In this document: positions 10,901 through 27,082 of the stretch, piece after piece
Position numbering within the stretch: the first letter of the stretch is position 1
Layout of the letters: every line of letters starts with the position of its first letter
From: Gemmatimonadales bacterium
GTDB taxonomy: Bacteria > Gemmatimonadota > Gemmatimonadetes > Gemmatimonadales > GWC2-71-9
DNA: 34,444 bases
Direction: 5' to 3'
NCBI GenBank assembly: GCA_039794085.1
Contig: JBDIWC010000042.1
Span: 1-34,444, forward strand
Notes under the pieces: generated by a model
Databases searched by the model: none
What the model was told of the DNA's origin: nothing
Seen by the model: only the letters and a program-made list of their open reading frames with translations
Program-made: the position numbers and the translations under genes

Positions 10901-11138
10901 AGTAGTACTCCAGGGGACGGGAGGGCGTCCCGGCCACGGCGATCGACCGGCCGCCGCGGTTCGGGCCGACGTTGCGCCAGGAGAGGTCGCCGAAGAGGCC
11001 CGGGCTCACCGACGCGCTCGCGGCCGCGGGCTGCTGGGCCGAAAGGGGCACCGTCGAGATGAGCAGTGCCGGGAGTAGCGTGGCGGCGCTCCAGCCCAGG
11101 GTGGAAAGGTGTCGAGGGAGACGGGTCATGGTGCGCAT
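7929..11138 (-). CDS. Secreted VPS10/BNR-repeat beta-propeller protein (glycosyl hydrolase-like)
   Basis: Signal peptide; many S/TxDGGxTW Asp-box repeats; WRNVGPNRGGRS N-terminus; start may be 11138 or 11129. Confidence 0.9.
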   Translation of the reverse strand: MRTMTRLPRHLSTLGWSAATLLPALLISTVPLSAQQPAAASASVSPGLFGDLSWRNVGPNRGGRSIAVAGTPSRPLEYYFGATGGGVWKTVDAGNTWTPVGDGQFGTASAGALAQCYANPDVVWAGFGEVQFRGNVIPGDGVYRSTDGGKTWAHKGLGSRTGQQMVGRVRIDPSDCNRVYVAVFGDPFGPNEERGVYRTTDGGDTWEKVLFRSNQAGAVDLTIDPTNPRTLYAGFWQAYRKEWKLESGGPGSGLFKSTDGGTTWTELTGNPGLPTTLWGKVGVSVSGADPNRVYAIIESDQGGVFSSDDGGATWTRVSTDRNVRQRAFYYTRIYADPVDKETVYVVNVQFWRSKDGGKTWTSISVPHGDNHDLWIDPTNNQRMISSNDGGANVSWNGGETWTEQDFPTAQMYDVRTTNHFPYHVCGGQQDNSTSCVPMDGDGSYMYAPGGCETGPVTPHPSDVDLFYAACYGGSLSYMNRITGQNRAINVWPVNPMGNSPRDLRERFQWNSPITASQHDTRVVYVGSQHVWRSNNGGQSWTRISGDLTYAEPETLGPSGGDITRDQTSVEYYGTVWRIAESRHAKGELWVGSDDGKVHLTRDDGVTWTDITPPALPKFSRVHEIDVSPHMPGKAYVAAVRYRSQDVAPYLFRTTDYGRTWTRITRGIPEGHYVRTVREDLVRPGLLYAGTEMGVMVSFDDGANWQSLQFNLPTVQVPGLVLKGDDIVIASHGRSYWILDNITPIRQAASTLASAKAHLYRPATAVRTLSRPSEPYSRRRSFLPEIDYYLGEAADTVTLEILDAQGTVIRTFAGSKSDSTARRGQGGGGGGGGFGGFGGGRSRVSVTAGHHRFTWDMRYPGPRDFPGLIFWAANTQGPLAPPGRYQARLTAHGQTFTEPFEIVKDPRLTNITQADFEEQFRLSNQISSRVDDAHAAVIQIRDVRKQVDDRLTRSDDATLARQAASLKEGIAGVEGEVYQVRLEARQDPLNFPIKLNNQIAALRGVVESADFRPTDQAREAFEFLSEALEGQLTRLRVIFNEELGKLNDRLRALGLEPITVPERVEPKITT

Positions 11139-11274
11139 TGGTGTTTCCCGCATCGTGGAGGTGGTGCAGACGGACCGCTCCCCGGATTGGTGTCTTCCGG
11201 GGGAAGCGGTGGGGAGCACTGGAGATCGAACCGGATCAGGGAATGGTAGGTGACGGCGGCGCGGGCGTCAATCG

Positions 11275-11697
11275 CCCTCACCCCTGACCCCTCTCCCGCA
11301 GGGCGGGAGAGGGGGAACATCCACTCGACCTTACATGCCCGTCCTCTCCTCACAGGCACTCACCCCCAATCCTCGGCGCAGCACGCTGCGCCCCTGCAAG
11401 CCCCGGAGACTGCTGTTCGCCTGGGCTGAAGCCGAGGGCGATGCACACTGCGCGCGTGGCGTCCTGAAGGACCCTGGCGAAGTCAGAGCAGCCGCCGGAA
11501 TCATGCCCCGAAGGGGCATTGTCTTCCCAGTCCAGGGTTGCGGTGTGCGTGCGCCACTTGCGGCGCACCGAGGTTGCCAATGCGAGGGCTCCGCTCCCCT
11601 CTCCCGCCCTGAGGGAGAGGGGCCGGGGGGGGGCCGGGGGTGGGGCCGGGGGTGAGGGCTCCCGTCACCGAAGGCGCCGAGTGCGGGCTTCAGCCCG
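11275..11697. repeat. Mosaic of REP-like palindromes bracketed by an inverted repeat pair
   Basis: ccctcacccctgacccctctcccgcagggcgggagagggg (11275-11314) and its inverted, internally expanded copy (11596-11658); inner hairpins gtcctgaaggac, atgccccgaaggggcat, gtgcgccacttgcggcgcac; 11663-11697 matches 31751-31785 at 33/35. Confidence 0.75.
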
Positions 11698-11774
11698 TGG
11701 ATCGCGCGGCGCACACCTGGGAAACCGCACCGTGGGTTCTCTCCCCATGGTAGGGGTTCGGCGGCGCCGTGCCC

Positions 11775-12533
11775 CTACTGAAGTGCTTTGCCGGCCTGGG
11801 CGGTCGGACAGAACTCGCACATGTAGCATTTGTCACACTGAGGATTCGTGGGACGGCACCAGGTTCGCCCGATTTCCCACGCAGGCAGGTCCATCAGCCC
11901 CGGAAAGGGGGGATGCAATGCCCGGGCCTGATACACCACCTGCTCCACGGTGTCGCCGTCCTGGACCAGGCCGAGCCGCTCGAACACCCGCCTCAGGTGC
12001 ACATCAACCGACACATCTATCGAGTAATAATCGGACATTTGGACCTTGAAATCCCGGGCCAGGATGTTCGTGGCCATCGTGGCAATCTTGGGACCAACAC
12101 CGTCGAATCGAAGGAACCGGAGCACCACCGCGGCACTCGGCGGTTCGCCGGACCAGATGCGCGATGCGTCGCCATCGCACTCGACGGCAATGCGCTGAAT
12201 TCCCTTGTACACCACCTCGGCGACACGATCGGGAAAGCGATGCAGCTTGCTGGGCTGGTGGAACGCATCGCGCAGGTCGTCCCTGGAAACCGCCCGGAGG
12301 AGATCGAAGGAGAATCCGCCGATCCGCTGCGACAGTTCGTATGGTATGATCCAGGCGACCTCGGCCTTCACCTGCCGGTCAGCGAGGCAGGCCAGCACGA
12401 AGGCGTGGGGATGTCCTTCCAGATCGTTGAGCAGCGCATCCGCGACGTCATTACCGGTGAACTTGCAGCGGACACGCTCGGCGTGGAACAGCTGGTCGCC
12501 TCGGCTCACCAACTTGGCCGCAATCTGATCCAT
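11775..12533 (-). CDS. HhH-GPD (endonuclease III-like) DNA glycosylase with a C-terminal 4Fe-4S loop
   Basis: TAAGGAG RBS before ATG 12533; HhH motif FDGVGPKIA; VDVHLRRV; CRPTNPQCDKCYMCEFC = C-x6-C-x2-C-x5-C. Confidence 0.88.
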   Translation of the reverse strand: MDQIAAKLVSRGDQLFHAERVRCKFTGNDVADALLNDLEGHPHAFVLACLADRQVKAEVAWIIPYELSQRIGGFSFDLLRAVSRDDLRDAFHQPSKLHRFPDRVAEVVYKGIQRIAVECDGDASRIWSGEPPSAAVVLRFLRFDGVGPKIATMATNILARDFKVQMSDYYSIDVSVDVHLRRVFERLGLVQDGDTVEQVVYQARALHPPFPGLMDLPAWEIGRTWCRPTNPQCDKCYMCEFCPTAQAGKALQ

Positions 12534-12713
12534 GACGGTGCTCCTTATGACTCCCGATTCTCCAGCGTTGCTTACTTGAGCCCACCATGCCAGACAAGCC
12601 ACAGACTGTCCACCCGTGCCGGGAGAACGGACCTCGGCTTCCGCCGGGGTGACAATCCTGCTTGAGTTGAGATCCGGCGTCCTTCAGGACCTTTCGCCGC
12701 AGTCGCCGGTCCC

Positions 12714-16081
<3,368 letters not shown>

Positions 16082-16082
<1 letters not shown>

Positions 16083-16429
16083 CAGCCAGCTCCAATCTTT
16101 TCGAGGAGCCTTCGCAGCGCCGGAAGCAGGGCCGGCACTTCCTCCGCGGCCGCCTTCCAGACGACCCCCGTGTCAATGTCCCAGTAGGCATGAACAATGC
16201 GATTCCGCATGCCAACCATCGAGGGCCATGGAATTTCCGGGGCCTTCGCCCGGGTCGCGTCGGAGAGCTGCGACGCGGCTTCTCCGATGATCTCGATTGC
16301 CCGCACGACGGCAAAGAGCAGCATGCGGTCGGCGTCCAAATCTGATCGCTCGCGGCCAGAGAGGAAGCGCTCGATCTCCGCGGCGGCCTCGATCATGTGG
16401 TGTACTCTGACCCGATCAGCGCCGTTCAT
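16082..16429 (-). CDS. HepT-like HEPN RNase toxin (DUF86)
   Basis: EIIGEAA, IPW..M.GMRNRIVHAY (RxxxxH followed by Y); TGATG overlap with the DUF499 start. Confidence 0.92.
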
Positions 16430-16721
16430 ACTGTGCCTCGGCGGTTCGGACGACCTGGTCTCTGAAGTGATGCGACAGATCCTGCGGGGTCCGGAGATCC
16501 ACCTTGCGGCCCCCGAACAGGCTGGCAAGCTCGATCTCCATCCCCGCCAGCGCAATGAGCCCAGGCTCCCGCCCCGGCTCGAATTCCACCAGAAGATCGA
16601 TATCGCTGTCGGGACCCGCCGTACCCGCCAGAACGGAGCCAAAGAGCGACAGCTTCCGGATACCGCGGATGCGGCAGAATTCGCCCAGTACTCCGGGTCC
16701 GACAGGCAGACGGGAGTTCAT
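16416..16721 (-). CDS. MntA-like minimal nucleotidyltransferase antitoxin
   Basis: LFGSVLAGTAGPDSDIDLLVEF (GS-x10-DxD), RKVDL; overlaps hepT. Confidence 0.92.
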   Translation of the reverse strand: MNSRLPVGPGVLGEFCRIRGIRKLSLFGSVLAGTAGPDSDIDLLVEFEPGREPGLIALAGMEIELASLFGGRKVDLRTPQDLSHHFRDQVVRTAEAQYERR

Positions 16722-16954
16722 CCAGTTCCTCTGCGGCATGAGGTTAGCCGGAGGGCGGAAGTCAGCCCCGTCCGGAAATCGGGAATCGGAACTGCCTCCT
16801 CCGGCGGCTCGGTGAGGAAGAAGAACCCCAGTGTGAGCGGACCGGAGCGCCAATCCCCCAGCTTCGGAAAGCGGGCACCGGCATCCTCGGGGTCCATCCG
16901 GGCGCGCTCCAGCGCCCAGTCGAACAGTTCGGACTTCACCTCGACGCGGATCAT
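16718..16954 (-). pseudogene. Truncated N-terminal remnant of an HTH-ImmA/IrrE family protein
   Basis: MIRVEVKSELFDWALERA...RFPKL..W and GFFFLTEPPEEAVPIPDFRT resemble the N-terminus of XRE-HTH/ImmA-IrrE proteins; part of the HTH and the whole HExxH peptidase domain appear absent. Confidence 0.7.
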
Positions 16955-17024
16955 GAACGGATTCTAACCGGCACCGGCAAACGGCGGGAGCGAGGCGTTC
17001 TACCCGGTCGTGGCAGCCCGGAAG

Positions 17025-17240
17025 TCATAGATTACCCGCCTCCCGGGGATTCGGGGGAACGGGGATGTCCTCCGGCTGGACCCATTCCACCCGATCGTTC
17101 CGCCACACCGCCACGGGATGGCCGTCGCGCTTGTGGCGCTGGAGCGCCTCCTGGATGGCCCGCCGCAGGGCGTCCAGCATGCGGGGGATGTCATCCACGC
17201 GCTCGGAGGGGGTGAGGTCCGTTCGAGGAATGTCGCTCAT
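17025..17240 (-). CDS. Small protein coupled to the zeta-like ATPase (putative antitoxin or partner)
   Basis: ATGA overlap with the upstream gene; ALRRAIQEALQRHKRDGHPVAVWRNDRVEWV. Confidence 0.72.
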   Translation of the reverse strand: MSDIPRTDLTPSERVDDIPRMLDALRRAIQEALQRHKRDGHPVAVWRNDRVEWVQPEDIPVPPNPREAGNL

Positions 17241-17824
17241 CGCTGTTGCTCCTTCAGTTTCCGCCACCTGTGCGGATCGGCTACGACGGGGGTCATCCCG
17301 GCGGCGCGTGAAGCGATCAACCGGGGGCCGGTGAGTTCCGCGTTGTCGTATACCTGCCAGGTATCCATGACATCCGAATAGATAGTCAACAGATTCCCCA
17401 AGCCGGCGGCAAAACGCCGCCGCACCACATCCTCGGGAACATCATGTCCACCCTGCAGGACACGTTCAGCCACGCGGGCCACGGCAAGATCGGGACTCGG
17501 CAACGACAGGAAGATCAAGTGGGTGCGGTAGCCCGATGCACGAAGTTCCCGCAGCCACCGGGCGTGCCCGCGCCCGGCAAGGGTCGTCTCGAACGCGAAA
17601 TCGCGGCGCTGGTGTGCCAGAAAGCGCAACCGCTCCAGCATCACACGTCCCGCGGCAACGGCCGCCGCCGCGGGTCGGTAGGCCGACAACCCCAGGGCGA
17701 TGGTGTCGGCGTTGACGAACTCGTCAACCGCAAGTGCTCCCCGCAGCAGGAGGGCAGCGCTCGTGCTCTTCCCGGCACCGTTGGGGCCGGCCAGCACCAC
17801 GACCAGGGGCGTGCGCGAGGCCAT
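17237..17824 (-). CDS. Zeta-toxin-like P-loop kinase/ATPase
   Basis: AGPNGAGKST, FVNAD.IA, FAFETTL, RVAERV.QGGHDVPE. Confidence 0.88.
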   Translation of the reverse strand: MASRTPLVVVLAGPNGAGKSTSAALLLRGALAVDEFVNADTIALGLSAYRPAAAAVAAGRVMLERLRFLAHQRRDFAFETTLAGRGHARWLRELRASGYRTHLIFLSLPSPDLAVARVAERVLQGGHDVPEDVVRRRFAAGLGNLLTIYSDVMDTWQVYDNAELTGPRLIASRAAGMTPVVADPHRWRKLKEQQR

Positions 17825-17827
17825 CGG

Positions 17828-21495
<3,668 letters not shown>

Positions 21496-21499
<4 letters not shown>

Positions 21500-22227
21500 T
21501 TGCCTTCTTTCCGCGGGTAAATGCCCACTGCGCATGCTCCTTGCCCCAGCCCGCGAGTCATCTGCCAAAAATACTCGAACCCATCCCAAGACTTGGCCAA
21601 CACTCCAATTCCTTCCAGGCCCGGCCAACCGCTCTGCCGCATGCTCAGGGCGTTCAGGGTTTCGTGCCGTCCACTTGGACGGCCGGTGGCGGCGCCTGCC
21701 CCTCCGAAGAGTTCCGATCCGGGTAGGGAAGGCACTTCGATCGGTTTCGAATGGAAAGTGGCAGTTCCCGGCACTAAATCGACGTAATGAACCCCGGTCC
21801 TTCGAAGATTCCCGTCGTGGCGTGTCGGCGTTGCGAGGCCAGAGGGCAGCGTGGATACGTCAACATATTGCGTATTGTCCAGCCAATTGCCATTCATCAT
21901 GCTGAGTTCCTGGGTATTCCCTATCGTTGGGAAGACGTAGAACACCCCCCGCCCAGGCCCTACGCATCGCTGCGCAAGAGCCTTGAGCCGCTCAAGTTGG
22001 TCATGCTTCACCTTGAACTGTCTCGCCCCCGTACTCACTTTCACCTTGTTTGATGCCTTGAATTGCAGGACCACAAGCTTTGCTCCAAGCCTGGTACAGG
22101 CGTCGAACCCCGCGCGCGCCTCCTGCTTTTGGGTCAAACCGAACCACACGATCCTCCGGTACGGTGATAGCAGAACGGCGATGTCGGCGCAGACATTGAT
22201 TTCTACGGTCTTCTCGGAGATTCTCAT
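21496..22227 (-). CDS. Hypothetical protein, possible PD-(D/E)xK nuclease fold
   Basis: SEKTVE...QEARAGFD...LQFKAS resembles the E..D..QxK restriction-endonuclease-like core; lower GC; ATGA-coupled to the methyltransferase. Confidence 0.6.
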
Positions 22228-22330
22228 TCAACGACCCACGAGGTCCCACCATATGCGCATGCACTGACGGCTTTGTCAGGCAACGAGACGTCTGTCGTCC
22301 TCATCATCATAATACTTCCCCACACTCGCT

Positions 22331-23413
22331 TCACAGGAACCCCTCAGGCGAGCCAGGATTGACACCCGCAAGGGCTTTTCGGGTCTTCACGAATACCTCC
22401 CTGGCGTCGACCACAGAAGTCGGCACGAAGGTACGAGCGATCCAATTCAGATTCAGTTGTTGCCAATTGCAGATAGCGAACACAAGAAATTCCAGTCCTT
22501 CCGCCAGGTGAGGATGAAGAACGTCAACCTGCAGTTTTCCGAATGAAGGTCGGGAAATGGTGACATCATGACGAACTCCAGCAGGATGCGCCACACCCGA
22601 GAAGGCGGAATAGAGGAGCTCATACTGGGGTCGCATTGCCATTCTTTCTGCAAGCCGCTGCAGGGAGTTGATTCTACCTGGCTTGAACCCGAAAGAATAC
22701 CATTTCAGTCTGTCGTGGTAGTGTCGTTTGGACCTCGGGCGGGCCAAGCACTGATACTTGCCGAACCGCGCGGACTGGAGTGGGTAAAGCCGATCCAGGC
22801 GTTTGATCTCACTTTGGATCTCATAGGCCATCCTGCGTCGTTCGTTTCGTGAGAGGGCCGCACCTCCCCAGTGTCCGTCAAGAATGGCCTGACGGTTGTA
22901 AATCAGCTGCCTTTCCCCGGCTACGTAGTAATAACGTGCTCTCGCCTCGCTTTTCACAGGGTTGGATCGAGTCTGCGCATCGACACTACGCCTCCCACCG
23001 AAAAGGAGGTATCGGAGCGCTACGTGGAACTCGAACAGGGCCCTCGCAGGTAATTTGGCTGGCTCTACCAACGAGCCTTCCAGAAGGTGGCGGACACCCG
23101 TGAACAGCATAGTGGTGCGACGAGTCAATGCGATCACAACGAGATCACTGTCTTGCCGAATCGGAAGGTCCTCGCACACCCTGAAGAGAGTCCGGTGTCC
23201 CAAGGCATCGATTTCTGCCATTGCTTCAAAAAGGTCCCGGTGTTGGACCTGCAGCTCCACGGCATTCTGGATCGCATCAGGTGATCGCCACATCGCTCGC
23301 TCGAGTAGACCTTCCGCTGAATTTCCTGAGGCAAATATCTGCCCAGGAGTGCCACAGGTCTCGACGTAACAATTCTCCTGCAACGCCCTGCCTTTGAGGA
23401 CCCTTTCATACAC
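22331..23413 (-). CDS. Hypothetical helical protein, DUF5677/HEPN-like
   Basis: ARALFE and YELLYSAFSGVAHP motifs; low GC (22441-22500 is 24/60 G+C); start is GTG 23413 or ATG 23293. Confidence 0.6.
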   Translation of the reverse strand: MYERVLKGRALQENCYVETCGTPGQIFASGNSAEGLLERAMWRSPDAIQNAVELQVQHRDLFEAMAEIDALGHRTLFRVCEDLPIRQDSDLVVIALTRRTTMLFTGVRHLLEGSLVEPAKLPARALFEFHVALRYLLFGGRRSVDAQTRSNPVKSEARARYYYVAGERQLIYNRQAILDGHWGGAALSRNERRRMAYEIQSEIKRLDRLYPLQSARFGKYQCLARPRSKRHYHDRLKWYSFGFKPGRINSLQRLAERMAMRPQYELLYSAFSGVAHPAGVRHDVTISRPSFGKLQVDVLHPHLAEGLEFLVFAICNWQQLNLNWIARTFVPTSVVDAREVFVKTRKALAGVNPGSPEGFL

Positions 23414-23497
23414 GGTGCCCCATCAACCACCGCGCGCCAGCCGACTGCTGTATCGTGTAAGTGCCGACCATCGCCGCACATGCATATACTATCCAGG

Positions 23498-26400
23498 TCA
23501 CCCAGGGGCGCGCGCCTCACCGATCAACGTTTCCATGCTGTAGTTGACGCTGGTCACGCCGAAGTCGGGTTCTCGCGTAAACGGACGCCGGACATAGTGC
23601 ACCCGATGCTCGTCCTCCGACAGGAACTCGACGATGGCCAGGATGAAGTCATCCGGCTTGTTGAGCGAGTAGAGGATCTCGTTCTTCGTCACGGTGATCG
23701 TGTCCGCTCCCGTCACCCGCCCCTTCACCTCGATGAACCGCAGTTTTCCGCCCGGACTCCGGCTCTCGATGTCGTACCCCAGCTTGTCGAACTCACGATC
23801 GGTCGGCTCGAATCCGAGACCCCGTTCAACCTCCATGACAATTGCCCGCGCCCGGGCCGCCGACGCCTGGGTATCCGCGGGCGCATGGATCCCGCCCACG
23901 TCCTGCCCGGTCATCGCCCGGATCAACCCGATCGGCACGACGACCAGCCCACCCAGGACCACGGGCGGCAGCGCCGACACCTGCGCCTCCCGGTCCAGCT
24001 CCGCGAGCCGCTTCTGGAGTCGGCCCTGCAGGTCGTCCGCCCGGCGGCGAGCTTCCTGCGAATTGAGCCGTGCCCCGGGCTTCCCCGCCTGCTCCTGAGC
24101 CTTCAGTCGCTCGGCGTTGTTGTCCCAATGGGCGATCTCCTTGGTCAGCCGGTCCTTCACCGCCACTCGGGTCTTGGTGACCCACTCCATGCGCCGTGTG
24201 CGCACCTCGCCGAGGTGCCCAGGCACCACCTCGGCGATGGCGTGCTGCCGCGCCTTCTGTTCCAGGTCGCGGGAGATCCACTCGCACTCGGGCCGGGCCA
24301 GCACCTCCGCGACAACCGGCTCGTCCGCCGACAGAGGACGGTAGTCCAGGTAAGGGGCATAGTGCAGGTGACGCGCCGCCCCCTCGCGGTCCATCTCCAC
24401 GTAGAGCATTTGTCTGGAGATGGTCCGTTTGTCCCCGGATGGGAGCTGGCTCGCATCCTGGACTGCATGCTCAAGGGTGAAGAGCACCCGGGGGTTCATC
24501 CCGAGGTCGCGCTCATCCACCAGGACGGTGCCCCGCTTCAGCAGGTCGCGGTGGCGTTCCAGGATGAGATCGAGCGCGGCGTCGAGAAGGGGGTGGCCCG
24601 GGCAGACAAACGCCGCCAGCGGTTGCCCTTGCGGTGCGATCAAGTCCTTCTCGAAGGTGACCCGCTCATAGCGCGGTGACACAGGATCCCCGGTGCCGAT
24701 CTGCCGGTCCCGGTGTCGCAGGGGCGCCGGGACGTTGGTGACCTCATACCGGCGCGGCTCGCGCTGGCGGATACTTCCGCCCAGGCGCTTGAACGCCTCG
24801 AGAAAGAACGACTCGATGTAGTGCGGCTGCAGACGACGCGCCTCGGCCCGCTCCATCTCCTCCCGGACCCGCGCCACCCGGCTTGAATCCATGGTATCGT
24901 GCGCCAGAGCCTGTTCCTCGATCAGCTCCTGCAGGTGGGGGCGGTCCACCCCATCCTCGATGGCATGGGTCAGCCGTGCCCGCACCTCGGGCTGGTCGCC
25001 GTAGCGAATCGCCTTGAGGAGCAGTTCCCGCAGGGTCCTGGGCTCTCCCTCATCCACGAACTGCAGCTTGCCGAGCACGTCGAAGACCTGCCCACCGAGC
25101 GCCTGACGGGCCTCCTCGAGCTTTTCCAGGAGCCGCCGGTAGACATCCCCCTCCCGGGTCTCCTCGGCCACCAGGTTCCAGAGGTGACACACCTCGGTCT
25201 GACCGATGCGGTGGATTCGGCCGAAGCGCTGCTCCAGCCGGTTCGGGTTCCAGGGCAGGTCATAGTTCACCATCAGGTGCGCCCGCTGCAGGTTGATCCC
25301 CTCCCCCGCTGCGTCGGTGGCCAGCAGGACCTGCACCGTCGGGTCGTAGAGAAAGGCGGTTTGGGCCTTCGAGCGCTCCTCGCGCCCCATGCCGCCATGG
25401 ATCAGCACCACCGCTTCCGACCGGCCGAGAAGAGATTCGATCTGGCGCTGCAGATAGGTGAGGGTGTCGCGGTGCTCGGTGAAGATGACGAGCTTCTGGT
25501 GCGGTGACGGGGCATGCTTCGGAATTGCACCTGCTCCGAAGGGAACCGTGGATTCGGCCACCCGGCTTCCCAGACCCTGCGGGGTGAAGATCTCACCCAG
25601 CAGATGTGCCAGCTCGCGCCACTTGGTGTCCTGGCCGCTGCGGCGGACGTCCGCCGCGAGGGTCTCGAGGCGAGCAAGTGTCGCAATCTCCGCCCTCAAC
25701 TCGGTGACCGTGGCAGCCGCGGTGGCCTGATCGAGAATCTCCTCTTCCGCAGCCTCCACCTCATTTTCGGGTGCCTCCTCCAGATCCTCCAGATCATCGG
25801 CATCGAGCGTTCTCCCGTCGAGGATGTCCCCGGAGAGGGCCTCGCCACGCTGGAGGAGCTCCACCTCGCGGATCCGCTTCTCCAGCCGCTCCCGGCGCCG
25901 GCGCAATGACTGGTAGATCGCCTCGGGTGAAGAAGCCAGGCGCCGCTGCAGAATGGTCAGTGCGAAGCCCACAGTGCCGGTCCGTTTGCCGTTCTGAAGC
26001 CGGTCGGCCCGGTTGAACTCCTCCTTCACATATTCGGTGACCTCGCGGTACAGGCGCGCCTCGGCATCGGAGAGCCGGTAGGGGACGGTGTAGGCGATGC
26101 GCTCGGGGAAGAGGGGCCGGCCATCGAACTTGAGGAGATTCTCCTTGACCATCCGGCGCATGAGGTCGGAGGTGTCGACCTGGTGGACTCCGTCCCGGAA
26201 CTTGCCCTCGAAGCGGTCTCCATCGAGCAGGGCCAGAAAGAGCTGGAAATCCGTCTCCTTGCCGTTGTGGGGGGTGGCGGTCATCAGGAGGAAGTGACGG
26301 GTGAGTCCGGAGAGGAGCTGGCCGAGCCGGTAGCGCTTGGTGTACTTCACCTCGCCGCCGAAGAAGGTGGCGGAGAGCTTGTGGGCCTCGTCACAGACGA

Positions 26401-27082
26401 TGAGATCGTAGCGGCAATCGGGGACGGCGAGCTTGTCCTGCACGTCCTCATTGCGGGAAAGTTTGTCGAGACGCGCGATGGCGAGGTTGTTCTCCAGGAA
26501 CCAGTTGCCGGTCCGGGCGGCTTCGAGCTTGTCGTTGGTCAGGATCTCGAAAGGGAGGTGGAAGCGACGGCTGAGTTCGTCCTGCCACTGCTCGACCAGG
26601 CTCCCGGGGCAGACGATGAGGCATCGCCTCAGGTCCCCGCGGGCCATCAGTTCCTTGATCAGGAGCCCCGCCATGATCGTCTTGCCCGCCCCGGGGTCGT
26701 CGGCGAGGAGGAAGCGCAGTGGTTGGCGCGGGAGCATCGCCTCGTAGACGGCGGTGATCTGGTGCGGAAGCGGATCCACCAGGGAGGTGTGAACCGCCAG
26801 CACAGGGTCGAAGAGGTGGGCAAGGCGGATCCGGTGGGCCTCGGCGACGAGCCGGAAGAGAGCACCGTCGCCGTCGAAGCTCCAGGGACGTCCGGCCTCC
26901 ACCATCTCGAACCGCGGCTCATCGTGGCGGTACAGGATCTCGTCGGCCAACCTGCCTTCGGGACCCCGATAGACCAGGGTCAGAGCTTCGGCCCCGTGCC
27001 ACTCCACGCTGACCACGGTGACGAGGGCGTCGGGAAGGATACCCCGGACGGTCGCGTCGGGTCGCAGGTCCTCGAGTGTCAC
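23498..27082 (-). CDS. SNF2-related helicase with C-terminal DUF3883 (PD-(D/E)xK-like) domain
   Basis: LLADDPGAGKT, DEAH, TATPH, GEGINLQ, QRFGRIHRIGQ; C-terminal GYDIES...FIEVKG. Confidence 0.95.
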   Translation of the reverse strand: MTLEDLRPDATVRGILPDALVTVVSVEWHGAEALTLVYRGPEGRLADEILYRHDEPRFEMVEAGRPWSFDGDGALFRLVAEAHRIRLAHLFDPVLAVHTSLVDPLPHQITAVYEAMLPRQPLRFLLADDPGAGKTIMAGLLIKELMARGDLRRCLIVCPGSLVEQWQDELSRRFHLPFEILTNDKLEAARTGNWFLENNLAIARLDKLSRNEDVQDKLAVPDCRYDLIVCDEAHKLSATFFGGEVKYTKRYRLGQLLSGLTRHFLLMTATPHNGKETDFQLFLALLDGDRFEGKFRDGVHQVDTSDLMRRMVKENLLKFDGRPLFPERIAYTVPYRLSDAEARLYREVTEYVKEEFNRADRLQNGKRTGTVGFALTILQRRLASSPEAIYQSLRRRRERLEKRIREVELLQRGEALSGDILDGRTLDADDLEDLEEAPENEVEAAEEEILDQATAAATVTELRAEIATLARLETLAADVRRSGQDTKWRELAHLLGEIFTPQGLGSRVAESTVPFGAGAIPKHAPSPHQKLVIFTEHRDTLTYLQRQIESLLGRSEAVVLIHGGMGREERSKAQTAFLYDPTVQVLLATDAAGEGINLQRAHLMVNYDLPWNPNRLEQRFGRIHRIGQTEVCHLWNLVAEETREGDVYRRLLEKLEEARQALGGQVFDVLGKLQFVDEGEPRTLRELLLKAIRYGDQPEVRARLTHAIEDGVDRPHLQELIEEQALAHDTMDSSRVARVREEMERAEARRLQPHYIESFFLEAFKRLGGSIRQREPRRYEVTNVPAPLRHRDRQIGTGDPVSPRYERVTFEKDLIAPQGQPLAAFVCPGHPLLDAALDLILERHRDLLKRGTVLVDERDLGMNPRVLFTLEHAVQDASQLPSGDKRTISRQMLYVEMDREGAARHLHYAPYLDYRPLSADEPVVAEVLARPECEWISRDLEQKARQHAIAEVVPGHLGEVRTRRMEWVTKTRVAVKDRLTKEIAHWDNNAERLKAQEQAGKPGARLNSQEARRRADDLQGRLQKRLAELDREAQVSALPPVVLGGLVVVPIGLIRAMTGQDVGGIHAPADTQASAARARAIVMEVERGLGFEPTDREFDKLGYDIESRSPGGKLRFIEVKGRVTGADTITVTKNEILYSLNKPDDFILAIVEFLSEDEHRVHYVRRPFTREPDFGVTSVNYSMETLIGEARAPG

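Noticed and set aside
16985..17005. gggagcgaggcgttctacccg as a degenerate intergenic copy of the 25-bp REP
   Set aside because: Hairpin not conserved; the similarity could be chance in GC-rich DNA.
21500..21628. Longer N-terminus of the methyltransferase given by the ORF track
   Set aside because: It overlaps the upstream gene; family similarity begins at [11 protein letters not shown] with an ATGA-coupled ATG at 21499.
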